Positions 10,924-21,562 of a stretch of DNA of 64,000 nt are shown piece after piece; within the stretch, counting starts at the first letter, position 1, and the number at the start of each line of letters is the position of its first letter. This stretch comes from an uncultured bacterium (GTDB lineage Bacteria > Patescibacteriota > Microgenomatia > Levybacterales > UBA12049): assembly GCA_963826535.1 (NCBI GenBank), contig CAWGXL010000001.1, positions 14,336 through 78,335 of the forward strand. The letters run 5' to 3'. Both the position numbers and the translations under genes were made by a program. The notes beneath the pieces are model-generated. The model did not search any database. It was not told the DNA's origin and worked only from the letters and a program-made list of their open reading frames with translations.

Positions 10924-11871
10924 CTAAAATTTCCACCCTAACTCTCTTTTGATCTCTTTCACAGCCTTTTCGTATTGCTCTTTGGTTAGCTGATTATTTA
11001 ATATACAATACTTTTTATTTTTTAGCCCCACACAACCAAAACAATCAACGCAGTTTGTAAGATAGGAACTATAGTAACAATTTGTACAAAATTCACAGTA
11101 CGTTAAAAAAGCACAATCATATAAAGAAGGCCCTGATTCCACAAGCTCATAACATCTCTCACCAAGACCTCCACTTTGATATCCTTTTTTACCTGAGAAA
11201 AAGATATCCCAACAATTCTTTGCAAAACCGCCCACAAAAATATATCCCGAATTCTCTAAATTATAACTGAAAAAAGTCCAGTAACAGTTCTTTGAGTTAT
11301 ATATATAATCTCCATAAGGACTATTTTCACTGTTAAACTGTTGACTTGCCGGATGTGGAATCTGCTGTTTTAAATCAAACATCTTTATAAGAAGTTTTTC
11401 CGGTTTCTCTTTTTTTAACCCTTCAATCTTTTCAAAATATTCTTCTTTGGAGAACTGCTTATTAAAAATACAATATTTTTTATGCGTTAAAGCAACGCAT
11501 CCAAAGCAATCAGTACAATTGTTTAAAAATGCAGAATAGTAACAATCAGTACAATTATTGCAATCCAGTAGATATGTGCAATTATGACAATTATTAGAAT
11601 CAATACATTGATAACACTTTTCCGATTTCAGCACGGAGATACAATCTACAAGTTTATTTCCATATCCTCCTATTGTTGTATACATACCGTCCTCAAGCCC
11701 TGCCGTACCAAAACAGTAATAGCAATTTTTGCTCCTAAAAGCATTATCAACGAAATCACAATCAATACTATATGGAGCAACCACCGCCGGAACTGGAATA
11801 GATTTTTTCAGGAGTTCATATTTTTCCAAAAAGGTCATTATTATAAAACAATTATACACCCTCCAAAACAT
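10924..11871 (-). CDS. Cysteine-rich repeat protein
   Basis: Repeated C..C..C.DCFGC..L..KKYCI.N.Q..KEEY units. Confidence 0.8.
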   Translation of the reverse strand: MFWRVYNCFIIMTFLEKYELLKKSIPVPAVVAPYSIDCDFVDNAFRSKNCYYCFGTAGLEDGMYTTIGGYGNKLVDCISVLKSEKCYQCIDSNNCHNCTYLLDCNNCTDCYYSAFLNNCTDCFGCVALTHKKYCIFNKQFSKEEYFEKIEGLKKEKPEKLLIKMFDLKQQIPHPASQQFNSENSPYGDYIYNSKNCYWTFFSYNLENSGYIFVGGFAKNCWDIFFSGKKGYQSGGLGERCYELVESGPSLYDCAFLTYCEFCTNCYYSSYLTNCVDCFGCVGLKNKKYCILNNQLTKEQYEKAVKEIKRELGWKF

Positions 11872-12071
11872 AAGTTGTGTATATCTAATATCATAATTTT
11901 CTGTTATACTGCTTGTAGTTTTAAAGCAAATTTGATAATGTAGAAATACAAATTAGGAAATTTGAACTCTTTTTTCCTCCTTTTGTTAATTTATCACCTT
12001 TAATTTTTCCTTTTTCACTTAATTAATGAAAATCACACAAAAAAATATTCTAAAAGAAAGGAGGACATAGA

Positions 12072-12347
12072 ATGACAAACAAATTATTTATAGGAAGCCT
12101 TTCATATAACGTAACCGATGCGCAACTTGAAGAGCATTTTGCTACAGTTGGAAAAGTATTATCAGCTAAAGTTATAAAAGATAGGTATTCAGGACAAGGC
12201 AAAGGCTTTGGATTTGTAGAAATGGAAACCCCGGAAGCTGCAAAAACAGCAATGGACAAACTCAATAATACAAGTCTTGACAATCGCAATATTGTAGTAA
12301 AAGAAGCCCTGCCGCAAGAAGAAAAAAAGAATAGAATAGTTTACTAA
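12072..12347 (+). CDS. RRM RNA-binding protein
   Basis: RNP2 LFIGSL and RNP1 KGFGFVEM. Confidence 0.95.
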   Translation: MTNKLFIGSLSYNVTDAQLEEHFATVGKVLSAKVIKDRYSGQGKGFGFVEMETPEAAKTAMDKLNNTSLDNRNIVVKEALPQEEKKNRIVY

Positions 12348-12365
12348 ATATCTCTCTGGCGCATT

Positions 12366-12392
12366 GTCATTCCCGCGAACGCGGGAATCCAG
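12366..12392. repeat. REP-like palindrome, copy of 3119
   Basis: GTCATTCCCGCGAACGCGGGAATCCAG just downstream of a stop codon. Confidence 0.85.
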
Positions 12393-12819
12393 TAGATAAA
12401 ATAATCTATTCCACTTATTCTTTAAGTAAAGGGATGGTTATTTATGTCTTCTTGATTAACCAGTTCAGTGGTGTGACAAATTTTTGCGGAACATGATTTA
12501 ATTATTTACCTCGTGATGAAGTGAAGACCCGAAAAGGAATCATTTTTGCTTTTTGCTTAATTGCCATATTGAATTTAGTATTATTTGTGACCCGCGCCAC
12601 TCGACTTCTTCCCCTTGACCATTTCGCCCCCCCTTTAGAGTTTTTCATATATCTATATCAATATAAGTATTACATTTACGCATCAACAAGTCAATAAGTC
12701 AAGACATAAAATTTCCACCCATCCTATATTGAATAATCACTTTGGACTAAAATTCAATTAATTATTTCTAGACTCAAATATATTTGTATATCTTAATAAA
12801 CAGTGCTATAGTCAAAATT

Positions 12820-13869
12820 ATGAGTTCTCTAAAAGAAAAAGGAAGTGAAAGAGAACCAACCACTGAATTTAAAGGAAGAATCCTGGAAGTTAAGGGCATA
12901 GGAAATAATATTGCTTATCAACCATTTCCTCTTGGAAAAGGTATTGTTGTTTGTCGTGTCGAAGATCCATTGAGTGACTGGAAAATAAAAAAACCATTTA
13001 ATCCACACAGTGTATTTTTTACCCGGACAGCAGATACGCTTATACGAATTGTAAAAGCTCCTATATTTGGTGAGCCTGGAAAAGCAGCTGAAGATCCGTT
13101 TGGCACATGGATAGAAAATAAAACAGGAGAAAAACAATTACTCTTTGGTGCTGTATTTCCTGATTTTGATGCGCCGGGAGGACATGAAACAGTAACCAAA
13201 CTTTTTCTTGGGGCCGATATTGAAAAACTTGACCCAACGCAATCCATTGCAGAAATACGGGGAATGAGAGATGTCCGATTTGCTCAGGCGGAAAATGGCA
13301 ATATTCACTTACTTACTAGACCAAACACAAAAAATAATGGGTGGATTGGTTATACAACACTTGAGAATCTCGATGAGATTAAATATAAAGAAAGATTTAA
13401 TCCTGCTATAGAAAGAGCAAATAAAAATCTATTAAATTTCAGAATTGGTCATGATACAGAAATTGGAGAACATACGAGACTTGGTGCTAATTCAGCCTAC
13501 ATTGAAGAAATCACATTGCCAGACAGACAAAAGAAAAAACTTTTACGTATTTTTTGTCACACATCTGATGTTGTACCGGAAGTGCGGAAGGGGAGAGAAG
13601 TTTGGGATTTTGAATCAGGAGTAATTAAATATATAGCATATGACGGATATATGGATCCTGACCATCCTAAACGCATAATTCATTTGCGTGAAATTGCCAG
13701 AGCTTCTGATTTTCCCCGGCAACCTTATGATAGTAAAGGCGCTAGATATGAGAACGTTGTTTTTGTTTCAGGAACAGATGGCGGGGAAATTTATTTCGGA
13801 GTCAGAGACCGATGCTCCGGTGTAAAACCCGATCCGGGTTTTGATCCGGCATACTTTCCGGTTCAATAA
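12820..13869 (+). CDS. DUF1861-like beta-propeller (mannoside phosphorylase-like)
   Basis: CRVE, EDPF, M.DVR, TRP, G.IGYT, LGAN, VVF.SG motifs. Confidence 0.55.
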   Translation: MSSLKEKGSEREPTTEFKGRILEVKGIGNNIAYQPFPLGKGIVVCRVEDPLSDWKIKKPFNPHSVFFTRTADTLIRIVKAPIFGEPGKAAEDPFGTWIENKTGEKQLLFGAVFPDFDAPGGHETVTKLFLGADIEKLDPTQSIAEIRGMRDVRFAQAENGNIHLLTRPNTKNNGWIGYTTLENLDEIKYKERFNPAIERANKNLLNFRIGHDTEIGEHTRLGANSAYIEEITLPDRQKKKLLRIFCHTSDVVPEVRKGREVWDFESGVIKYIAYDGYMDPDHPKRIIHLREIARASDFPRQPYDSKGARYENVVFVSGTDGGEIYFGVRDRCSGVKPDPGFDPAYFPVQ

Positions 13870-13893
13870 GACAGCTATAATTTCAAATAATAA

Positions 13894-15192
13894 CTATTTT
13901 GGTTTGCCTTTATTAAGCGGCACCACAAGTACTTTATCAACTCTATTTCCATCCATATCCAATATTTCAAATCGAATTTGCTCCAGTTCAAATTTGTCGC
14001 CCGTTACAGGGATACGTCCAAAATTATTAATTACAAAACCACCGACAGTATGAAATATACCTGACCTCTCTTCCGGAAGTCTGCGGATTTTAAAGTACTC
14101 CTTAAATTCATCAATTGGTGTTAATCCATCCACTAAAAATGTTCCATCCCCGCGTTTAATGATTTCTTCTTCCTCGAGTTCGTTAATAGTCGGAATATCG
14201 CCAACGATTGCTTCCAGTATATCCGTCAGCGAAATAAGTCCTTGCACATTTCCATATTCATCAACAATAAGCGCCATGTGAATTCCTGACTTCTTAAATA
14301 ATTCTAAAACTTTAAGGCCATCCATGCTTTCGGGAATATAGAGGGGTTTGTGTAGAATCTTCCTAAGATCAATTTTTTCTTCTGCAAGAAAATCTCTCAG
14401 CAAATTTTCCGTTCGGACAATTCCAACCACTTTATCAAGAGTATCTCTGCATACGGGGTAATGGGAATGAGCTTTTTTGGTAATTTTACTTCGTATTAAT
14501 TTAAAAGGGCTATCTATATCCAGCCATACAATTTCTTTCCGGGAAGTCATAAGTCTATTCACTTTTTTATCACTCAAGCGGAAAGTACGCTCAACTATAT
14601 CTTTTTCCTCCAATTCAAAAACACCCGACTGCGTTCCCTGCGCAAGGAGTATCTTTATCTCTTCATCACTGACCAATGGCTCGGCAGATGGCTTCATGCC
14701 AAGCGAACGATATACCCACTCAGTCGAAAAACTTAATAAACTAACCAAAGGGCTACTGATATGGGAAAGCGTATTCATAGGCTGCGCAACCAGAGCTGCA
14801 ATTTTCTCCGGATTGTTAAGAGCAAGCCTTTTTGGCACAAGCTCACCAATAACAAGAGACAAAAATGTAATCACGGAAACTACAATTGTTAATGCAATTT
14901 GCTCGCTATAGGTAGCAAAAAGAGGTACTGTAGCCAGTTGTATAGCGAGTGATCCGGCAATTGCAGTCCCTCCAAAAGCCCCGGCGATAATACCAACTAA
15001 TGTAATTCCAATTTGCACAGTAGATAAAAATCGGTTAGGCGATTTTGCCAATTCCAATGCAGCCTTAGCATTTTTATTTCCCTCCTGTGCCTGTTTTTGA
15101 AGTTTTGCCTTTCTGGCAGATATTATAGCAATCTCACTCATCGCGAAAATGCCATTGAGGATAATAAGCAGTAATACGATAAAAATTTCCAT
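13894..15192 (-). CDS. CNNM/CBS/CorC hemolysin-family transporter
   Basis: NGIFAMSEIA, FLSTVQIGIT, GELVPK, VDEYG, DMDGNRVDKV. Confidence 0.95.
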   Translation of the reverse strand: MEIFIVLLLIILNGIFAMSEIAIISARKAKLQKQAQEGNKNAKAALELAKSPNRFLSTVQIGITLVGIIAGAFGGTAIAGSLAIQLATVPLFATYSEQIALTIVVSVITFLSLVIGELVPKRLALNNPEKIAALVAQPMNTLSHISSPLVSLLSFSTEWVYRSLGMKPSAEPLVSDEEIKILLAQGTQSGVFELEEKDIVERTFRLSDKKVNRLMTSRKEIVWLDIDSPFKLIRSKITKKAHSHYPVCRDTLDKVVGIVRTENLLRDFLAEEKIDLRKILHKPLYIPESMDGLKVLELFKKSGIHMALIVDEYGNVQGLISLTDILEAIVGDIPTINELEEEEIIKRGDGTFLVDGLTPIDEFKEYFKIRRLPEERSGIFHTVGGFVINNFGRIPVTGDKFELEQIRFEILDMDGNRVDKVLVVPLNKGKPK

Positions 15193-15355
15193 CTTTAACT
15201 CTTAGCATTATAACAGGTACGAGTTGGTGTCTGTTGTTATATATGTTTTGAATTAAATTCAATACCCTCAAATAATTGTCCCCATTTAAATTCAACTATA
15301 AATAGGAGAAAAAAGGAAACTTTCAAAAAGATGGTACAGCTGGTATAAATTATTT

Positions 15356-16063
15356 TCAGGCAGTACTTTGAGCACGTTTTTCCCACTCTTTAACATTAAC
15401 ACCTCTTATTAATAGCCAGAATACCATCATAACTTCACCAAGCCAGGTAAACTCACTAATTACTACACCGAAGTTGGGAAAGAGAAAAAAAGTGAAAAAA
15501 TCTATCAGATAACCAAAACAAGTAATCATTAAAAAGACACCAATAATTTTAGGAATGAAGTTTGACTTATAAACTAAATAACCCATGGGTAAGAGCCACA
15601 AGCCAAAAAATATTCCGACAATCTGAATTCCATATTTATGCAGATCAAAAAATAAAGACATCAGAGTTTGTATTTGAATTGCAGTAAATCCGGAACTATT
15701 TAATAATAGTAAGATAACGACGTTGTTAAGTTCATTAATCATCGAAATAGGAGCCACAATTACAGTAAACATCACCATAAGTTTGGCGACATTCTTATTA
15801 ACAGGCTTCAGTACCTTGTATAAAACTATTGCGGTAAATACTGTAACTAGTGCAGCAAGTAAAGCGCTCACAATACTTAGCCGAAAAATAAACTCATTAG
15901 CCAAAATATTATTAACTGTTGCGGTTGCATTTCCCGGAATAATAAGTGCTTTTGGAACGTATACTAAGCCAAAGACACCAAGTGGAATTTGAAGAAAGTA
16001 CAAGAGCCCGGCAATTCTTGCGGTCTTTTTAATTGAATTCGTATTCTTGTTTTCTTTTTTCAC
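15356..16063 (-). CDS. DUF4386 membrane protein
   Basis: ARIAGLLY, FFGLWL, S.FIPKIIG, E...FWLLIRG. Confidence 0.8.
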   Translation of the reverse strand: MKKENKNTNSIKKTARIAGLLYFLQIPLGVFGLVYVPKALIIPGNATATVNNILANEFIFRLSIVSALLAALVTVFTAIVLYKVLKPVNKNVAKLMVMFTVIVAPISMINELNNVVILLLLNSSGFTAIQIQTLMSLFFDLHKYGIQIVGIFFGLWLLPMGYLVYKSNFIPKIIGVFLMITCFGYLIDFFTFFLFPNFGVVISEFTWLGEVMMVFWLLIRGVNVKEWEKRAQSTA

Positions 16064-16069
16064 AATTAT

Positions 16070-16768
16070 TTATTTACTTTTTGCAGTTCCGGAAACAAAT
16101 GCAGATGAATTGAATCCTTTGACGATTAGCCACACTCCTATAAATAATTCCCACAATCCTCCGGGAAGAGAGGAAACAAGACTTAGTCCGGACCCCATGA
16201 TCTCCAACGCCATTCCAAGAAAAATGATTGCATATCCAACCAGGCCCCAGATTGCCAGAATCCGCGGAATTAATTTTGCCTTGTACAAAGTGTAACAAAG
16301 CATCAAGCCGGCTATTCCAAGTGTCATCATGCCGATATTGTAAGCATAAAGACTCCCTAGCGTGAAAACAGCACTCAAAGATTGAAGGTAAATTGTGTTT
16401 GGAGCAACTGCTTTTATATATTCACTAGCTATTGGAATTTGAAGTAATATAAAGAGTACCATGATGGCAATAAAAGTGGCATCCATAATCCTAAAAGCGA
16501 GATAGCCGACAGCAATACGTTCATTGTATAATTTCAGAATTGGGAACATCAGTACCCCGTGCGCAGCGTCCCAAACAACGGCCATCATCCAAAGCAAGGC
16601 ACCTATTGCCACCGTAATACTGCTGGCGGAAACAATGGAAAGGTAGTTTGGTACACCAAGAACAGATTTGATAAGCATTTCCCCGCCAATCCCTACAACA
16701 AACCCCGCGACGTACATCGCTCCTACAACTTTAGCTGTTGTTCTATATGTATTTACTTTTTTTACCAT
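16070..16768 (-). CDS. DUF4386 membrane protein
   Basis: LIPR.LA.WGLVGY and E...GVWLIVKGF. Confidence 0.8.
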   Translation of the reverse strand: MVKKVNTYRTTAKVVGAMYVAGFVVGIGGEMLIKSVLGVPNYLSIVSASSITVAIGALLWMMAVVWDAAHGVLMFPILKLYNERIAVGYLAFRIMDATFIAIMVLFILLQIPIASEYIKAVAPNTIYLQSLSAVFTLGSLYAYNIGMMTLGIAGLMLCYTLYKAKLIPRILAIWGLVGYAIIFLGMALEIMGSGLSLVSSLPGGLWELFIGVWLIVKGFNSSAFVSGTAKSK

Positions 16769-16865
16769 ATTGTCTTCGTAGTATGCGCTTTAAGGCAGGT
16801 AATTGATACTACCAATAAATTCAAAATACACCTTATTTATTAAAAGTCAACCTGTTATAGTGTAA

Positions 16866-17558
16866 ATGGAGGATATAATCACAATGATTAAAATTGGCGG
16901 AATATTTTCTCTCTTTGGCGGATTAGCTTTTATTGGAGTATTTACATACCTTGCGATTAACTTTAATTACCCGGATATCCTGGACGGGAATGCTTATCAG
17001 GTTCTGCCTAAACTAATCGAGAGAGGATTTCAAATGAGAGCTATTTGGGCAATTTACGCTTTTCTCCCCTTAATATTAATTCCGGCTGCACTTGGAACCT
17101 ATGCATATTTGAAAAATAAAAATAATTCCCTGGCAATTGCAGGTCTTATATTTGCAACAGTTGCTGCTCTTGCAAATATGCTCGGCCTCATGCGTTGGCC
17201 AAGTATCCATTGGACTTTAGCACAGAAATTTACACCTGCGACAGTTGAACAACAAGCGACAATTGATGCTGTTTTTCAGGGATTAAATGTTTATTTAGGT
17301 AACTATATAGGTGAGTTTTTGGGAGAATTAACTATGAATTTATGGTTTTTAACAATCGGTTTGGTACTAATAAAAGTTAAAGGAAAATTAAAATATTTTG
17401 CTTACTTAGCAATTATCACGGCAGTCCTCGGATTCATCGGGGGATTTAGAAATATAACTTCGATAGTAAGCTTGGCTGCAGAAATAAATAACTACCTATT
17501 ACCAGCGTTTCTTATTGTCTTGGGAATTTTTCTTCTGCGGGTTAAAAAAGCATTATAA
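16866..17558 (+). CDS. DUF4386-like membrane protein
   Basis: FNYPDIL, GLMRW, YLG..IGEFLG. Confidence 0.7.
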   Translation: MEDIITMIKIGGIFSLFGGLAFIGVFTYLAINFNYPDILDGNAYQVLPKLIERGFQMRAIWAIYAFLPLILIPAALGTYAYLKNKNNSLAIAGLIFATVAALANMLGLMRWPSIHWTLAQKFTPATVEQQATIDAVFQGLNVYLGNYIGEFLGELTMNLWFLTIGLVLIKVKGKLKYFAYLAIITAVLGFIGGFRNITSIVSLAAEINNYLLPAFLIVLGIFLLRVKKAL

Positions 17559-17792
17559 AAAAATCTTAAATTTGATTACGCTCCAAATCAGATTAAAAAG
17601 TCCAAAATGACTCCACTACGACCTCGGCAATATTTGAAGTATGGAAAATAACACGAGTAGGATCGTCTGCTCCTTCCAAAATAATTTCTGTCCCGGGAGG
17701 TACTGCAGTTGCTATTTCTTATTTCAACTGGGTTTATCTAACTTTCCAGCAATATCAGATTCCATTTTCTACCTACGCATAAGTACTAACTA

Positions 17793-18200
17793 CTATTTTT
17801 CTGCTAATTCCTTTGCAGCTGAAAGTGCTGCTTCCCACCCTGCCATTGAGTCAATATACTCCTGATCCGTTATTGGATCTGTAAAGTCTTCTGTAACACG
17901 AACAAAAGTTTTATTATCTTTTTCTTCTAATTCATAAATAAGTGTTGCCATTATGGATTCTGAATCCGGACTGACAAATAGGCTGTGCTGTAACAATCTT
18001 TCTGGCTCTATCTTTTTGATAATACCTTTTGTAAGTATATTCCCATCCATTCCTCTCCAGCCTAGTGATGAGCCAACTTTCCAGTCAGACACATATTCTC
18101 CACCCATTTGCCTTGTGAAGTCTGGGTCCGTAAACATTCGCCATACTTTTGAAGCCGGTGCGTTTATTTCTATTTTAGTTTCCAATGATTGATTTGCCAT
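17793..18200 (-). CDS. SRPBCC/AHSA1 domain protein
   Basis: IEINAPASKVW...SDWKVGS...GW...L..AK.LAE. Confidence 0.85.
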   Translation of the reverse strand: MANQSLETKIEINAPASKVWRMFTDPDFTRQMGGEYVSDWKVGSSLGWRGMDGNILTKGIIKKIEPERLLQHSLFVSPDSESIMATLIYELEEKDNKTFVRVTEDFTDPITDQEYIDSMAGWEAALSAAKELAEK

Positions 18201-18265
18201 AGATCCTGATTTAAATATACCGGATTTTAAAATCCGAAAAAATCGAAGTTAGCCTTAAAAATTTG

Positions 18266-18339
18266 TGACGCCAGAGGGATTCGAACCCTCGATTTACTCC
18301 GTGAAAGGGAGTCGTCCTAGGCCTCTAGACGATGGCGCC
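18266..18339 (-). tRNA. tRNA-Glu(TTC)
   Basis: Acceptor GGCGCCA/TGGCGTC, anticodon arm ACTCC-CTTTCAC-GGAGT, T-loop GTTCGAATC; no encoded CCA. Confidence 0.95.
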
Positions 18340-18435
18340 TTTTTTGTCTCTCTAACAGTATAATCGATTGGATGAAAATCTGTAATCCTAGACGATTGAC
18401 ATTGCGGGCCTTTGGATATGAGGTAATTATAACAT

Positions 18436-19098
18436 TTACCTAACTTTTTTTCTAATTAAATCAAGGATATTCTTCGCGGTGTCTTGTCCACCTAGTCCGA
18501 AAGCTATACCTCCGGCAAGGGCAAACATTGCTACAAAGCCTGTAAACAGGATCCGTATAAGGTCTTGGGCTACTCCGAGTTGGTTTAGTACGGCGAGAAG
18601 TACAAAAATAGTTACTGAGACCCGTACGACTGACGCTATAGTTCTTGAAGCTCCGGCTGATAATCCTTTGGTTGATGCCAATATAATATCAGCTGCAAGT
18701 CTGGCAAAAACAAGCCCAACGAGTCCTATTATTGCGGCTACAAAAACGTTTGGTAGATAGAGCAAAAATGTATTTAAAATTGTCGTGATCTGAGGTAATC
18801 CCCATATCTCAGCTGTCGGGATAAGAAATAGTATTATGACAAACCAGCGCGCAATTTCTGCTAAAATATTTACCCAACTAAATTCGTTTTTTGCCTCAGG
18901 AACGCCGTATTTCTTTAGATAGGTTTCGATTTTTAAGGCATTCAGAATCTCAATAAATATTTTTTTTACAATTGAGGCAAGAATGATGCCAATAAGTAAT
19001 ATAATGATGCCTCCGATAAAATTGGGAAGAAAAGCGGCGGCACTTGCTAAACCTTTATTGAGTGATATAAAAATAGTATTTGCGATATTCGGTGTCAT
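18436..19098 (-). CDS. Conserved TM-helix protein (mechanosensitive channel/CmpX-like)
   Basis: FLPN..G.IIILLIG, YLPNVFVAA, AGGIAFGLGG. Confidence 0.8.
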   Translation of the reverse strand: MTPNIANTIFISLNKGLASAAAFLPNFIGGIIILLIGIILASIVKKIFIEILNALKIETYLKKYGVPEAKNEFSWVNILAEIARWFVIILFLIPTAEIWGLPQITTILNTFLLYLPNVFVAAIIGLVGLVFARLAADIILASTKGLSAGASRTIASVVRVSVTIFVLLAVLNQLGVAQDLIRILFTGFVAMFALAGGIAFGLGGQDTAKNILDLIRKKVR

Positions 19099-19206
19099 AT
19101 ATTTACCTACTTTCAGGCAGGTCCTTATTTACGTTTTTAACATGATGAGTATCGCATGAGATCGTTTACTTGTCAATAGCCACGTCATTTGATAGAATCA
19201 AATGTA

Positions 19207-19290
19207 ACTTTGAACCCAGAACTTTGAACTAAGAACTATTAAGGAGTTATTGATAATTGTTCTCAGTTTTTTGTTCTAGGTTCTATGTTT
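19207..19290. repeat. Inverted arrays of 7-bp repeats upstream of tRNA-Lys
   Basis: ACTTTGA/ACCCAGA/ACTTTGA/ACTAAGA, then GTTCTCA/GTTTTTT/GTTCTAG/GTTCTAT. Confidence 0.6.
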
Positions 19291-19309
19291 TTTGGCTACG
19301 CAAAAAAAT

Positions 19310-19381
19310 GGGCCGGTAGCTCAGCGGTAGAGCAGGAGCCTTTTAAGCTCTTGGTCACTGGTTCGAATCCAGTCCGGCTCA
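19310..19381 (+). tRNA. tRNA-Lys(TTT), integration target
   Basis: Acceptor GGGCCGG/CCGGCTC, anticodon arm GGAGC-CTTTTAA-GCTCT, T-loop GTTCGAATC. Confidence 0.95.
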
Positions 19382-21145
19382 CAATTCAGCATTTTTGACT
19401 TCGAACTTGCCTTGCTGGGCGAATCGTTTCATCATGTCTTGTGGCAAGCGTAAGTCGATTCTAACTTGGTATGGTATTACTTGGTCTTCCTTTTTCCGAC
19501 CCGCTATTTTGTCGTTTTTAGTTGCCTTACGTGTATAAACGTGGATTCTATCGACAATAAGATGAATTAATTCTGACACTTCTTGCCTGTCGGTCATTAA
19601 ACCGTCAAGGAAAGGCTTATACTTCTTTGCAAATAATTTAAGTGTGCGGGTATATATATCTGACAGTTTGCTTTCGCCGATTTGCAATTGTATCGCGCCT
19701 AAATCTGTCTTATATTCGGCTTCCTTTGCCTTTATACCTTCCATTTCTTCGTCATACTCACTGTCGCCAATATCGCCGCGCTTATACATTCGCTTCACAT
19801 TCTGGCGTCGTCGCGGTAGCTCATTAAGTAACTTGGTAATTTCTGACTGTTTTTTCTCCAATAGTCGCTTCTTAACTTTGGTTGATTGAAGGGAATTAAC
19901 ATGGTTATAGACGCTTTCAGGGTCGCTTAGAAGGTTCTTTACAAAGTCAGTTGCAAACTGTTCGATTTCGTCGGCTGGAAATGGTATAGCCTTACAAACA
20001 GTAGAGTATTTTTTAGTATTCTTAGCTCCACATTGGTAATAATAGGCGCGCTTATTACTTTTCTTAATGACTTTACTCGTACCCGTCCAGTTAAGCGGGT
20101 CACGGTCAGAATGGGGGTCGTAGCAAGCATGACATTTTAATAAACCAGATAGTAGGTAAAGGTGATTATCAGCCGTTTTCATACTGTTACGTAAGGCAAT
20201 ATCTTCTTTTATGCGTCTTTGCGCCAGTTCGAAAGTACCCAAATCGACAATATCACCGTGACGGTATGGTGATACTTTCCATAAAGACCTATCTAACCGC
20301 TTACTTCCCTGGTTTTTATTGTAGTGATAAATTCCTAGATACACTTCGTCTTTGACAATATCTCTAACTGTCGAATCACGCCAGAAATACGGGTCATTAA
20401 CTTTTGTCCGCCCAGCTTTCCTTTTTTCGTGTTTAATTGCGGAAGGTAGGGGTGTAAGCACCTTTTTATCTGTAAGGCGGTCGGCTATTTGCTGGGTATT
20501 TCTTTTTTCAACTACAAACATTTCAAATATACTACGTACAATATCGGCTTCTGGCGGGAAAATTTGCAGTCGCTTATCCTTGTCTTTTACGTATCCATAA
20601 GGCGCGCTTGCGCCCATATAGACCCCACGTTCGATAGCTTGTTCCTTACCAGCTTGTGTTCTTGCTTTGGTTGTTTCCCTTTCTAGCTCGGCTATTACAC
20701 CGATTATCCCTAGCATGGCTTTACCGAATGGCGTAGAAGTATCTATGCTCTCATTGGCTGAAATGAACTGAATATCGTGCGCTTCAAAATAGTCGATTAC
20801 TTCTAGCAAGATTTTTAATTTACGGGCGAATCTGTCGATACGATAAACGGCTACAATGTCAAAAGGTTTTACGCCAACTGGCGCGTTTTCAATATCTTCC
20901 TTCATTAGTACAAAACCAGGCCGTTCTTCTAGCGGTGTAGTGCCACTAATCCCTTCGTCTTTGTAAATGTATTGTTCGCCAGCTAGAACCATAGCGGGTG
21001 AACCGTCGTCTAGTTTACCTTTTGAATTAACTACTGCTTCAACGGCCGCCTTTTGTAAGGGTATGCCATATTTTTCTATCTGGTCGTCGGTAGATACACG
21101 AAGATAAACGGCGGCTCGAAGTGGTGCAGTCTGTTGTTTATTCAT
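19379..21145 (-). CDS. Large serine recombinase 1; stop codon supplied by the tRNA junction
   Basis: YLRVST, DEGISG, RIDRFAR, APYGY, LLSGLLKC zinc ribbon, coiled coil. Confidence 0.95.
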   Translation of the reverse strand: MNKQQTAPLRAAVYLRVSTDDQIEKYGIPLQKAAVEAVVNSKGKLDDGSPAMVLAGEQYIYKDEGISGTTPLEERPGFVLMKEDIENAPVGVKPFDIVAVYRIDRFARKLKILLEVIDYFEAHDIQFISANESIDTSTPFGKAMLGIIGVIAELERETTKARTQAGKEQAIERGVYMGASAPYGYVKDKDKRLQIFPPEADIVRSIFEMFVVEKRNTQQIADRLTDKKVLTPLPSAIKHEKRKAGRTKVNDPYFWRDSTVRDIVKDEVYLGIYHYNKNQGSKRLDRSLWKVSPYRHGDIVDLGTFELAQRRIKEDIALRNSMKTADNHLYLLSGLLKCHACYDPHSDRDPLNWTGTSKVIKKSNKRAYYYQCGAKNTKKYSTVCKAIPFPADEIEQFATDFVKNLLSDPESVYNHVNSLQSTKVKKRLLEKKQSEITKLLNELPRRRQNVKRMYKRGDIGDSEYDEEMEGIKAKEAEYKTDLGAIQLQIGESKLSDIYTRTLKLFAKKYKPFLDGLMTDRQEVSELIHLIVDRIHVYTRKATKNDKIAGRKKEDQVIPYQVRIDLRLPQDMMKRFAQQGKFEVKNAEL

Positions 21146-21536
21146 TGTCGTTATTAGTTCCTGGAATGCTATCTCTATTCAATTGCTTGTCATTTGCACG
21201 AATACCAGTAGCCAATTTATGAAGTAGTTGTTTGTCTTCGCTTTCAGACGACCGTACTATGACGCCTAGCTTCTGTACGCCTGTTTTTTGCTTGAAGTCG
21301 ATTGAAAGCCCATTAAGTACTAGAATATCTAGCAAAACCCCACCTAGTGCTTCTAAATCTTCGTCTTTGTATGGTTCTTCCATATCCTGAAATCGACTAG
21401 ATTTGTAAATTTTGTAAGGTAAACCCCAAAAATACATACACCCATTACGCTCTACTAGAACCTTCATTAAATCGTCGGGCATAAATATGTCGTCTGCAAA
21501 TTCGGGAAGCTCGTATTTCTTATTTTTTTTCTTCAT
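21138..21536 (-). CDS. Hypothetical protein overlapping the recombinase 1 start
   Basis: 132-aa ORF with 8-nt overlap. Confidence 0.6.
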   Translation of the reverse strand: MKKKNKKYELPEFADDIFMPDDLMKVLVERNGCMYFWGLPYKIYKSSRFQDMEEPYKDEDLEALGGVLLDILVLNGLSIDFKQKTGVQKLGVIVRSSESEDKQLLHKLATGIRANDKQLNRDSIPGTNNDNE

Positions 21537-21562
21537 AGATACTTACACATTATAGCTAAAAA

